From Octopus sinensis (Eukaryota), in NCBI RefSeq assembly GCF_006345805.1, contig NC_042998.1:77562001-77626000 (forward strand): a stretch of 64,000 bases of DNA, written 5' to 3'. This document shows, piece by piece, positions 12,024 to 25,226 of this stretch. Made by a program: the position numbers and the translations under genes. The notes below the pieces were generated by a model, which saw only the letters and a list, made by a program, of their open reading frames with translations, had not been told where the DNA came from and did no database searches. The first letter of the stretch is position 1. Each line of letters opens with the position of its first letter.

Positions 12024-12391
12024 AGCGCAAAAGTAGCTGTGTTGTAACAAGTTTGTTTCTCAAACACATGGTTCCAGTTTCAGTACCACCGCGTGGCTCG
12101 TTTGGCAAGTGTCTTCTACTATAACCCCAGGCTGACCAAACTCTTAGTTTTGATAGACTGGAAGGAGGAAGCTTGTCATACATGTGTGTGTATATATATA
12201 TATATATATTGATGTTTGTGTGTGTGTGTGTGTGTGTGCGAAGGTGAGTTTTTCTTCCCCTAACACCTTAATAGCCGGCGTTGTGTATTTCTCTCTCAGT
12301 AATTAAAGTGTTCAAGTGTTCAGCGTAAGCCATCGATCTGTTGGGATAAAACCATTTCAAGCGTGGCCGCAGTCAAGCGAGTAACACAAGT
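12024..12391 (+). mobile_element. Decayed tRNA-derived SINE with internal (TA)/(TG) tract
   Basis: GGCAAGTGTCTTCTACTATA core shared with 24832-25182 and 33045-33492. Confidence 0.75.
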
Positions 12392-12807
12392 CCACGTTCA
12401 ATGTTGTGTATTATGCATGTATATGATGCAAACGATAACTGGAATTTCGGTGGATTACGCGATGTTAATTTAAATATCAACGAGACAGGTTCAACTCCCA
12501 GAACGACGAGCGAGTTGTGGCTTTCTCTCAGCTTATGTCATGACACGAGTCATAGATCATAAGTTAACGACAGATATTTCGTTGCAGCGGGCTGTCATAG
12601 AATCACAAGTATTTACAAAATTTAAATATTGAGACTATCGTAGCTCCAACGCAGGGTGGAGTTTTATAGGCGAGTTCAGTCTCATGTTTGCTGTAATCTG
12701 TGCGGCTGCAACCTCCGTTCTTGCAGAGTATCAGTTGAAAAATCGCATCCTTCTTCGAAAACATGATGCGCAACATACAAACACGCGTGTGCACAAATAC
12801 ATACACA

Positions 12808-12881
<74 letters not shown>

Positions 12882-13152
12882 ATTATTATTTAGAGTAGCT
12901 AAGAGATACCACCAGGCTGGAAATAGCAGCTGAAACTTGATTCTAAAACCACATTAAATGTTTATACAGCTACAGGAGAGAAGACCAAAGGACAAAATAA
13001 AATAGCAAAAAATTACTGGATAATTCCAGATCCTGGATTTCTGGCTTGGCATAAGAAATGCTTTGCCTCCTCAGTGGAATATACACAGAAAGTAACATAA
13101 CTACACATATATATACATATAACATACGAATACTTACACACACACACACACA

Positions 13153-13201
<49 letters not shown>

Positions 13202-16200
13202 TACATACATACATATATATGCATATATATTTGAGTGTGTATGTATATATTTATATTTGTATGTATGCCTCTATGTATATGTGTGCGCGCGTGTGTGTGT
13301 GTGTGTATGTGTGTATAATTATCTTACGTACTTACGCGATATGTGCTGGTATCATTAGTCTGTTTTGTGTAGGAATTTGTCTTCTATGCATCCTGGAGAA
13401 GAACTTCTTCGGCAACCTAACTGTTTCAGAGTATGTGCTGATGGCTTATTCTTGCCATCTGCGCTAACTGAAATTTGTTTAGTTTAAGATAATTTTTAAC
13501 TGCAGTGAGTTAATTACATGTGATAAGATTGCCTATTGTAGTGCGAAGTAGATAATCAATTGCTGAAATCAGTAATAAGATACATTGTACCAAATCTAAG
13601 TGCACAACAAGATGGTTGATATAGGACAGATATAAAATGTCTAAGAAAATCATCTCGTAATTCTGATAAATAAGACAATTACTCTATATAATATAGCTTT
13701 TAGAGTATTCGAAGGCTGACATAGCAGGGTTAGGATTCTGTAATTTTCTAGTATGTCGCAAGGTTTTTAATCAGTAGAATTATTTCATATTTTCGTAGCT
13801 GTATACATTCCATTCTATAGAAACTATCACGCCTCCCGGTAATATGTGCTACTAGAGTGTATAAATTATTATTCAACTGTGGGCATCGGATTTTACATCA
13901 CCTCATTTGACATAGCATTCAGAGAGCATTTTGAAATTGTGGATGATTGTGTCAGATTGATACCCCTGTTATACATTTAATGCTGTAGAGTACAATATTT
14001 TAGAGCGGTCTATCAGAATGCTTTTGTAATTAGATTTATATATTAGCTCCAGTGTTTCACGCAATAAGAAACAACATTAGACATACATTAAAGTAATTGA
14101 TTTTAGTGAAAATGCTTTAGATCTCGTATTATTTAAAGAGAAATTAAAGAAATTCAAAGAGACCTCAGATGTACAAAATACCAAAAGATGTATTAACATT
14201 AACATCTCTGTAGTGTAATTATAAATATTAAATAAAAGACAGACAGGACTTACGCCATAGTAAGCATATGATATACATACGAGTAGAAGCAAATCGCGTC
14301 GACCAGGTAGCGAAAAAATAACTGGGAGCTTAACCAATTTGGGTAGATTGTGCTGTGGTGTGTTGCCTAGTAGACCGAAATGTAACCATATTTTATTCCT
14401 TGCCCAAGTCCAAATATTGAATGTTCGCCGATTAATTAACTTTGAGAGATTGTTCTTAATTTCTGCAAATCATTTTCCTTATTCAGAGTCACAAACAATG
14501 GCAGTTAACTTTTGTTCGCTATCAAATTGGAGGAAAAATTGAATCAAATGGCACATATTTTGTATTCCATTTAATACACCCCACATAAATTTATTTACTC
14601 CAAACCATGCTATTGTTTCATTCAAAGCATTTCATTTAACTTGTTTTACTTTTTAATTATGAAGATTATACATATGTTATCTCCCCTTCACATTCACCGT
14701 TGCCAACAACTGTCGTCAGGGTTTTATTTTCTTTATCTAGCTTAGAGGTTTATTTTAAGTAACTATGAATATTTTTATAAGACATTCAATACACCACACC
14801 TAGTTCATTTGTTCAAAGGCATGGCGTTAGCTCATTTGAATAATTTCCCTCAGCTTATGTATTTTCAAATTAGATCTGAACAGTGAAAAATCTAAATGAT
14901 ATTGCAATACTTTAGTTCATTAATCTTTAATAAGGCATCATAACAAGAAGTGGTTCACCGTTAGAAGCAGTGTTATTCCATAAGGATGAAATCGTGTTCT
15001 TATTGGGCATTTTCTACACTTTATTTTACTCTAATATTCATTCCCTGACCTAAATATACAACGGATACAAAAGACAAAACTGTTATGTCTATGATTTCGC
15101 ACTGACAGTGTATATTACGAAGAATATCATTTATGCATACTGGTTAATCGACAAAAGATATACGCGGCTTAAATTTTGACTGAGTTGAATTATTTGCAAA
15201 ACATCTAAATGCATATGTTTCTCACTGACTATATCTGATTTGAAATACAGTTTTTAAATAACATATTTTTATATCTGATCCTTTGTTGTACAACAATGTA
15301 CATCTTGTTTGTACATCATTACTTTAGCAACTACAGTTAATCCTACACTTTGATGGATAGATTTAACAAAACCAAACTGAGTCCTCTATTGCTGAAATAA
15401 TAACAAAAACATAGTCATTGAATTAATGTCTTTTTTCCTCACCATGCAAGTTAAATTTTATGTGTTTACTGACCTTTATTGCATTCATTATGTTAATACT
15501 TACCTTACAATTCACGATAATACTTTACAAATGTAATTTTGTAAAATCTACATGTTCGTGTCTATGAAAACGCATATTCAATATCTTCCTGCTCCGTTTC
15601 AATATCCACTTCAGTTTCTATACAGATAAGTAATATATCTTGAAATACTTACATAATTTATAAGCTGAAATACCATTTAACAAAATATTCAATTCACAAA
15701 ATTTTCCTTGTTTTTCAAGCACCAAAAACCGTCATGATGAGAGTGGAAAACATACGTTGTAATTTAAAATGATGTTTCTCATTAGTTGCCAATTGCTGCC
15801 AATATATGAATTCAGTTTTGATACAAAAATAAACAAAATGCGTAATAAAAAACGTGAATAAAGAGTTTCTATTTTCAGCAGCATTATTTAAATTAACAGT
15901 TAATTTTGTCTTTAATGAAATATAAAATTATTTGCACTTAGTAATTGCTTATTTTCTTATCAAATCGTTCAAAATATTTAGATAGTTGCAGAGATGTGAA
16001 AAACTTTTTGTAATAACATTCTGATACAAATACTTATATACGAGCGCGCGTGCAAATATGGGATGGTTATTCTTAGAAACAATACTAATTAAAGTAGAAA
16101 AGAACTCAAACTAATAAAAAATACAATAAATTCAATTTGCCTATATTTATGAGAAATACGATATATATCCAGTAGAATGTCAACAAAGAAAGAATTATAA

Positions 16201-16711
16201 AAATGAAATGACATATACATAAATAAATAAATAAATAAACAAATAGATAAATAAATAAACAAATAACTAATATATCAAGAGAAAGGAAGTATGATAATAG
16301 CGCTGCAAAATCGAGAACAAGTGCACTTTAAAAAACAATACATCTGATAGAATACGAGAATGTAAATTCGGGATTTAAAATTTGAGAATAGCACAAGGGA
16401 AATAACACACTGATCTATTAGCAGCCATATTAACGGGGGTGATCTGGGAAAAAGACAAAGTGAGAAGTGAGGATATGTAGTTATTTAATTCGTAAATTAA
16501 GAGTGGTCATTTTGTATTGTAAAGGGAATGGATATGTATATCAATAATTCATTTCATATAAAGTGGTTGACTCCAAACTTAAAGGATCTCTTCATGCAAC
16601 TTTTCTGACAGGCTGAAAAAAGTCATCAAGTTAAAAAGAAATTTACAAGCGTATGCGTGGACAATAAATCTAAGGAAATATCGATTAAAGCATAGGTATA
16701 CATCTACACAC

Positions 16712-16754
<43 letters not shown>

Positions 16755-16755
<1 letters not shown>

Positions 16756-17056
16756 GTTTAAATATTTTATTCCTTGCCCATATTTTATTCTATTGTATGT
16801 CTTCATTTGCGCATACTTATATCTCTATGTGCGTCAATGTTTATTTAGTGTGTGTGTGTGGGGGGGATGCCTGTAATATTTGTATTTTCTGTTTATATAC
16901 GTTCATGTAATTTGTATTTTGCTTTTGTTGTTGTTGTTTTTGTTTATTCTTATTTTGTTCATGTGTTTACATCCACTTATTATCATCATTACATATGCTT
17001 GTATGTATGTATGTATAACAACAATACTAGTAATAATAATAATAAATCGAATCGAA

Positions 17057-17087
<31 letters not shown>

Positions 17088-17887
17088 ATAGTTATTTATT
17101 TCTATTTGCTTATTTATCTGTGTATTTATTATGTTTTCGGGATCCTCTATCGTCATATGTTGTGGTGTGTGTTCGTGCTCCATTCTAGTTTTCTATTCAG
17201 GCTAGGTTTATTTTCTATTATATGTGTAGCTTCTGTAATTTGTCTAATTGTTGCATCTGTTCTATGTGTGGACAATATTTTGATTTCTATGTTATTGATT
17301 GATCCCCCGTGTTCCTGTTCGGTATGTTGGTACAGAATCGATGAGCTTTTACCTTCCTTGAGTTGTCTCTAATGGTCATTTACTCGCTCTCCTATGCTTC
17401 TTGCCGTTTCCCCTACGTATGTCGTTGTCTTGTTACTGCATCGTCCCTCTATACATCTTATACTATAGACTACATTTCTGGCTTTACAGTTAGTTTGTGA
17501 ACAAAATAAGAATAAACAAAAACAACAACAACAAAAACAAAATACAAATTACATGAACGTATATAAACAGAAGATACAAATATTACAGGCATCCCCCCCC
17601 CACACACACACTAAATAAACATTGACGCACATAGAGATATAAGTATGCGCAAATGAAGACATACAATAGAAATACAAAATAGCTGACGGTTAGTAAGGAG
17701 AGACACAAATAAGAAAGAAGAAAACAAAGGACCACTGATGCGGTCACAGGAGTGTGACGAAAGAACTCTGACCGAAATAAGATTACGATTAATGTAAAAA
17801 ATAAATAACACTGAAGCAAAATAACACCAAATATATAATGCGTGTGTTTTTATTGGCTAAACTGGCAATATGACCATTCCGAAATAT

Positions 17888-17890
<3 letters not shown>
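16755..17890 (-). mobile_element. 5'-truncated PLE: GIY-YIG endonuclease plus inverted pseudo-LTR, in (TA)n
   Basis: 17130-17497 minus: NCKARNVVYSIRC..TYVGETARSIGERVNDH*..ILYQH..EH..RQITEA..PSLNRKLEW; inverted repeat 16788-16961/17498-17671. Confidence 0.88.
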
Positions 17891-17932
<42 letters not shown>

Positions 17933-18129
17933 TCGTTCTAAATGTAGTATATATATGTGTTTGTATAAATAAAAAAATCCCAGACACAGACAAGCACAAA
18001 AATAGTTGGTTTCAGTGGATAACATTTACAAGTGTGTATTATATAACGATTAAAAATTATTTGATGCAAGAGATAGGATATATTTTTTAACAGTTATTAA
18101 TCATATATTTACAGTATTCACCGCTCAAC

Positions 18130-18130
18130 C

Positions 18131-18197
<67 letters not shown>

Positions 18198-18208
18198 CTA
18201 TCTATCTA

Positions 18209-18278
<70 letters not shown>

Positions 18279-18310
18279 ATATATATCTGTCTGTCTATCT
18301 ATCTATATAT
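18130..18310. repeat. (TATC)n-(TC)n-(TA)n compound microsatellite
   Basis: Direct reading. Confidence 0.95.
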
Positions 18311-19164
18311 ATTGTTATATCGTAGAGCTCTATATTGCTGCCTATGGCATATAATTGATCAGAATGTTACCGTCGGTTTTGTGATGAAATTTGCACTTGG
18401 TATTGAAGACTATACCGACGTGGAGGCGGGAAACGCATAATATTTTCTATGTTGGAGGTCGTTGTTGGCATGTTGTAGGTAAAAGAACTGGAATAAAAGA
18501 GTCAAAACCTATAACATTTGCCAGGAGAGAAAGAAGACTTGTGTTAGTCGTGATTGAATGACTCAGTTTTATGGGTATACAGGTATATATATCTGAACTC
18601 TCAACATGAGGACAACCACGTTGAAGAAACTAATTCCTACCCAGAGAAGTATCCCAATATTTCACCTGTTTAGTTCAGGTAAGTGCCCCTCCGCCAAGCA
18701 AAACTTGCAACGTCTACTTCCATTCATATATTTTCAAGGATGTTCTAGCAATGTCCATGCGATCTTATATAGGATTGCATCTTCTTTTAATAGCCCTATA
18801 TAGTGAGCGTTATAACATTCTGCTCCATCTCTGTTTCTAAAAGAGGATCTGTGAATATTTAGCATAGCCTCCGATAACATAACCAATAATATACTACTCA
18901 ATGATATACAAATATAAATGTCCTATTTTTCATTTAAGGAGTGCTTTTCTCTGAATATGGACAACTAAATGACAATTATCTACCTGATTATCCACTTATG
19001 TAACTATCTTTATTTTATCTCTATTTGTGTCTGTCTGGTTGTCTGTCTCTGTCAGTCTGTCTGTCTGTCTTCCTCTCGATTTAAGAGTATACAGTTTTTG
19101 ACTGACATGAACCCCCAAAAATATAGTGTTTAGAAAAGTTGAGTGTCTGTACGAGAAAGATTGG

Positions 19165-19195
<31 letters not shown>

Positions 19196-19225
19196 TGTGT
19201 GTGTGTGTGTATTTGTCTGTGTGTG

Positions 19226-19478
19226 AAGGTGCATGGCCCAGTGGTTAAGGCGTTGCTCTTATGAACGTATATTCTTAAGATTGTGGTGTTGATACCTAGA
19301 ACGGTCAATGCGTTATGTTCTTGAGAAAAACATAACGTTTAAAATTGTCCCAGTGAACTCAGCTTGCAAAAAAGGACACTCCTGCGACGGATCGACGTCC
19401 CATCCGGGGGTAGAGAAATATACGCTAATGAATCTGGGAAATCGGCCGTATGGAACTTCGCCTGGGGAAAGACCTTTG
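19226..19478 (+). mobile_element. tRNA-derived SINE (V/Meta-like central core)
   Basis: TGGCCCAGTGGTTAAG A box; CCTGCGACGGATCGACGTCCCATCC core; homologous to 21471-21705. Confidence 0.75.
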
Positions 19479-19524
19479 ATACATCTTTTTAATACATATA
19501 TATAACGCACAATCATCGGTACAC

Positions 19525-19585
<61 letters not shown>

Positions 19586-20277
19586 TACATACACACACAC
19601 ACACAACACACACACACACACACAACACACACATATATATATCTATATATTGATGTCATAACTTTGCCTATCCAAAACGGACATTCACATGTTATTTATA
19701 GATTTATGCACTTTGCGGTCCAGTATTCGAAACTAAGTATATACACACGCCTACACACACACACACACACATTCAAACACACACTCACAAACACATAAGC
19801 ACGCGCACACACACGCACATAAATGTATACACATATACACGCCAGTACAAGAAATCATATCACTCCACATAATGGACGCACTAGTTTACATATACACATA
19901 CACACACAAGCCCACGTAGTTTTGAGCTCGCCCACATGTACACACTTGCCCCATTCACACATTCACACACACACGCACCATCCACACATGCACACAGGCG
20001 CTTGCGCACCTTAGTTCGTTCAGGTCACCGTTATTATTATCTCTCTTTCATTCAACCGCTATCCTCACGCCATTTCAGCATGCTAAACCCTTAATTCTTA
20101 AACATTTCTTCTCTCGTTTTTTGGTTCTCTCCCCATTTGTTTTTCTCTCTGAATCCTTTTTGTCGAAGAGCATAGGCTCGGAGCCCTGAAAGGCTTTTCC
20201 GTTCTTCCTGAGCAATAACCTGACACACCTGATTGTTGTTCCTGCACCTGTTTTTCCCTTTTCTTTCTTTAAATATG

Positions 20278-20373
<96 letters not shown>

Positions 20374-20445
20374 CTCTGTGTGTGTTTGTGCGTAAGTGCT
20401 TTCTACTATAATCCCATGATAACGAAGGCCTTGTGGCGGATTCAG

Positions 20446-20532
<87 letters not shown>

Positions 20533-21032
20533 TACAATTTAAAGAAAAATCCAGAGAAATAATTACAAGGTAGCTAAATTTTGGTAAAGTACCCCAGGAG
20601 TTAAAAACCGGGATAGTAAGTCGTATTTAGCAGAAAATAGGAAAATTGAATCAGGAAACGAACTCTCAGGATATTGTTAAACCATTTATATCTTGAACTC
20701 TTCTACATATAATTCGAGGTGCACTCCAAAATGTACGACAGGATAAATTATGGTCAGAAGTGCATCAATCGCATCAGGAAAGATATAGATAACAAAGTTA
20801 TCAAACAGACATATTAACAGAAATAGAAAGTCCTATAAAATGTAACATATTTACATTCATAGGCACACACGCGTGTACACATCTGTACACACACTCAAAT
20901 ATGTGACGTGTAAATAGGAACATTATATACCTGCAAAAATCACAAGGATCGAGTGTTAATAGTGGAATCATCAAACCTCCTACTATATTTTCACTATTAA
21001 CACTCGATCCTTCAGCTTATCGCAAGGCACCA

Positions 21033-21073
21033 AACCCTAACCCTAACCCTATCCCTAACCCTAACCCTAACCC
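21033..21073. repeat. Interstitial telomere-like (CCCTAA)n tract, 6-7 units
   Basis: aaccctaaccctaaccctatccctaaccctaaccctaaccc. Confidence 0.85.
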
Positions 21074-21470
21074 AACTATACCTCTTGAAAAAAGTTTTAA
21101 AAAGCGATATAGACGATATAATCGGATATAATAACTATCATAATATACAAATTACCAACGCATCCCTCAACCCCATCATAAATACCTACTGATGATGAAT
21201 CTAACATCCGTTCTTCACTAAATAACAACCACCCTACAAATACATCCAGATCATCACCCATGAACCTATGCAGCAGCAACCGCCCAACCTCCTGTCCTAT
21301 AGATAATCGCCGTCTTACTAAAACATTGCTTACACTATCAGCTGCCGTACGTACATACATACATACATACATACATACGTACATACATACATACATACAT
21401 ACATACATACATACATACATACATACGTACATACATGCATACATACATAGATATAAATAAATAAATGGAC

Positions 21471-21705
21471 CCTTTTAAAGTCTAGCCATGCTCATGGGCC
21501 CGGTTTCCCGGTTTCTATGGCATATGTGATCCCCAGCAGGACGGGACGCCAGTCCATCGCAGCGTTTCTCATTTTTGCCAGCTGAGTGGACTGGAGCAAT
21601 GTGAAATGAAGTGTTTTGCTCAAGAACACAGCGCGTTGAACGGTCCATGAATCGAAACCACAATCTTACGATCATGGTGCTGACACCCTAACCACTAAGC
21701 CACAC
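21471..21705 (-). mobile_element. tRNA-derived SINE (V/Meta-like central core)
   Basis: Minus strand GTGGCTTAGTGGTTAGG A box, GTTTCGATTC B box, GATGGACTGGCGTCCCGTCC core. Confidence 0.85.
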
Positions 21706-21732
21706 ATACATACATGCATACATACATACATG

Positions 21733-21766
<34 letters not shown>

Positions 21767-21776
21767 TATATATATC

Positions 21777-21850
<74 letters not shown>

Positions 21851-21854
21851 CTAC

Positions 21855-22075
21855 ATGGATATCGGCTCGTGCAGCATCTCCTATAGTACAAGTTTATATC
21901 AGGTTATCCATAAACTCAGGTCCATAGTCACCCACGCTAAACTATACACCGGCAATAGTAATAATTGTGACCTATGCTTAGCCGAATCGTAGCTAATATG
22001 CAATCCACGGGTTGTCATAATGAAGGCAACAATATAAGTTTTACATGCAGACATAGATTACACAACCAAATCTCA
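21855..22075 (+). mobile_element. PLE endonuclease C-terminal relic
   Basis: [33 protein letters not shown] resembles the STxLSxxIWxLK..CxLCLxEK..CRH tail of GIY-YIG PLEs. Confidence 0.6.
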
Positions 22076-22800
22076 AAATACAAATAACAACCTCTCCTCT
22101 GCATCACTCCTTAAATTCTCCCCTCTCATCATAGACATTCTCCCGTACTTAGCCTCACCTTCACTAAATACTAAACCACGAGTGTATTCCCATTATATTC
22201 ACGATAACGCATTATTTCTTCTTTCTATCTTTACCGTTCCTTACTATTTATACCATTTAATTTCTCTTTCTGCTTTCCTCTACCCCTCCCCACCCACTTT
22301 TTATACTTACAAGTACATGTGCCTACATACACAGGCTCACGCACATCAATATTCACTCCTTAATTCTTAGATTCTAGTATTCTTCCTCATTTCATTTAGA
22401 CTTGCAATTTTTACTACTACACCACTATTTCAAGCAAATCTTTGTCACCCTCTTGACCACAAATGCTTATCCTACTTCCCTCCACATTATCCTTTCAAAT
22501 ACTAGTTCCTTTGTGTATCTCTATGTGTATATATACTTGGTGAAATTATTGATTACTAGTTAATTAATTAATTTTCACCTTTATTATTATTGATTATATA
22601 TATATATATGTATATGCGTATGTTTTTAAATATATATATATATATATATACCATGAAGATGCATTTATATATATATCATGAATACATATTTATATATATA
22701 ACATATATGTATATAACACACACAGACACGCAGACACACACACAGACACACACACACTCAGACACTCATACAGTCGCACACACACACACACACATATATA

Positions 22801-23049
22801 TTTGGTTGGTGCATAATTATTGCGGCTTTTTTCCACAAATTTTATTCAGCAAAAACAGTAACATGTATCAAAAACATCTTTAAATTATTATTCCGGAATG
22901 TATTCACTATCAACTTCAATTACTGCTTTTCTCTGCTTTTCTCTGCTTTCTCTGCTTTTCTCTGATTTTAAAAAAATATTGTTATTGCTATTGTTTTTGT
23001 TGAATAAAATTTGTTGAAAAAACCCCGCAATAATTATGCACCAACCCAA
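22801..23049. mobile_element. Mariner-type MITE with TA TSD
   Basis: TIRs TTTGGTTGGTGCATAATTATTGCGG / CCGCAATAATTATGCACCAACCCAA extending ~60 bp, TA on both sides; resembles Hsmar1/Made1 TIRs. Confidence 0.9.
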
Positions 23050-23097
23050 TATCTATTTTATATAGATACATATACATACACACGCACACACACACAT

Positions 23098-23149
<52 letters not shown>

Positions 23150-23151
<2 letters not shown>

Positions 23152-23312
23152 ATAAAATTTAGATTCAATTGAATATGATACTTAAGTTAAAGGCACCAGA
23201 ATTTAGTATGGTATTATCCAGATAATTCAAAATGCAGTGATTACAATCAACATTAGCAACAAGGATATCTAAAGGATATCCAAGGATATCCTTGTTGCTT
23301 ATTTTGATTGTA
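23150..23312 (-). mobile_element. Short repeat with terminal inversion hairpin in (TA)n; homologous to 37011-37168
   Basis: Arms 23242-23269/23285-23312; 23150-23270 is the reverse-complement homolog of 37045-37168. Confidence 0.7.
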
Positions 23313-23359
23313 TATATATATATATAATACACAAAGAAATAGTAATACACATACAAACA

Positions 23360-23570
23360 TATATAATGCCCAAACTGGGGACCTTTGTTTTGCACCAAAG
23401 TTACCGACTACACCATCTAAAGTCAAAATCAACTACTGCAATACCTTAGAATTCAATGACTCACAGCTATTCACTGCACTGTGAGAAAACTTAATTAATC
23501 TACACAAAATAAACGTGGATGTCTTCAGAAAGGAACTGGAATTCTTCTCTCCACAATACAGATGAGAGCA
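23360..23570 (+). mobile_element. CR1-like LINE extreme 3' relic
   Basis: NLINLHKINVDVFRKELEFF resembles CR1 ..IRNxxxxSVDxFKxxLDxFL. Confidence 0.45.
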
Positions 23571-24787
23571 GCAGTATTAGACTTCCTTATGAGCCATCAT
23601 CCAAGGGAAACCCGCATACAGGATGGTAATATGAAATACCACCACCTTGAAAAAAATCAGCCAAAGAAGAATGATATGTAAAATTTAAAAATTCAGGGTG
23701 ATTCTCCAGCATGACCGCAAACAGGGCTGAAACGAATAAAAGAATATGTATTTGCATCATTTTAACAGATCTATGTAATTTGTAATTTTGAAGAGAGTAT
23801 CTACAAGCTGAGAAATGTACCGTTCCCAAATTAGAAAGATGTTTAGTTTGCCCAGAGAATCTTATGACAGAGAATTAAAGATAGCGTGAAAATACTGCAT
23901 AGAACCATTTGATATTTTGAATAGAAAGCCACTTAGCGAATGTAAAACTTTACAGAATTTGTTTGATGTTGAAACAAGACATATTTTTGGGGTTTCTGGA
24001 TGCAACAAGAATGCACTCTGTACTTATCTATCTATTAAAGGAAGCGAAATATATACTTGGTTTATACTATTCATCTGTTGATTACCATGACGACAGACTA
24101 CGTAGCGATCGCCGTCAGATATCATTAAATCTACTCTTGATAATGGTGAACAAATGCTTGGAATCTTTCTTTCTACAAGCGCCGTTTTCATACGTCCGTC
24201 CATTTTATATTGTGGTAAGGTTGATACTTAGCTGTTTCACAGCAACAATAATTATAGTTTTAATGTAGAGTCGTCCATTTATTTTTGCAGTAATAAAAAA
24301 TGAATAAAACACCCATAAAATTCCAATCACATATATACGTATTTTGATCTTAGATTATTTAGTTGTGGAACCAATTTTAAGATTATTTATGAGAATGATG
24401 ATAGATACAATTTTTCAAATCTTAAAAGTAGCGGGGAGGGGGGTCATTAAATATAAAAATCAGGATTGAGAGAAAGAGAGAGAGGGAGCGAGAGAAGAAA
24501 GGCACAGAAAGAGAGAGGGAGTAAAGGTAATGAATAAAGAGTATTTTCCTTATTAAATAAAAAAAAAAGAAACAGGCGCAAAGGTTGAATGAGTTCATTC
24601 TGTTTAAGCGCCACAGGCCTTGATAGCTGCTCTCGAATTGAATATTTGCGAGTTCTTTTCTATTTCTCTATACAGATATACGTGCATTCATATACAAGTG
24701 TCTACACACTCACACACACTTTCTCTCTCTCTCTCTCTCCCATAAAAATATACATACACACACATATATACATATACATACAGACAA

Positions 24788-24831
<44 letters not shown>

Positions 24832-24833
<2 letters not shown>

Positions 24834-25182
24834 GCAGAGGAGTGATTGCGTGGGTAAGTAGCTTGCTTACCAACCCTGGTTCAATCCTAATGCGTGGCAC
24901 CTTGGGCAAGTGTCTTCTACTATAGCCTCGGGCCGACCAAGGCCTTGTGAGTGGTTTCAGTCGACGTAAAGTGAAAGAGGCCCGTCGTATATATATATAT
25001 ATATATGTGTGTGTGTCTGTGTGTTTGTAATGTGTGTGTGTTTGTGTGTCTGTGCCCCCCCCCCATCGATTGACAACCGATGTTAGCGTGTTTACGTCAC
25101 CGTAACTTAGCGTTTCGGCAAAACCGACCAATAAAATACGTACTAGGCGTACAAAGAATAAATCCTGGGGTCAATTTGTTCA
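24832..25182 (+). mobile_element. tRNA-derived SINE with internal microsatellite
   Basis: GGTTCAATCC B box; GCGTGGCACCTTGGGCAAGTGTCTTCTACTATAGCC core. Confidence 0.85.
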
Positions 25183-25185
25183 ATT

Positions 25186-25226
<41 letters not shown>

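Noticed and set aside
13500-16700. Long unique-looking AT-rich stretch that may hide ancient TE or exon remnants
   Set aside because: No motif I can support by eye
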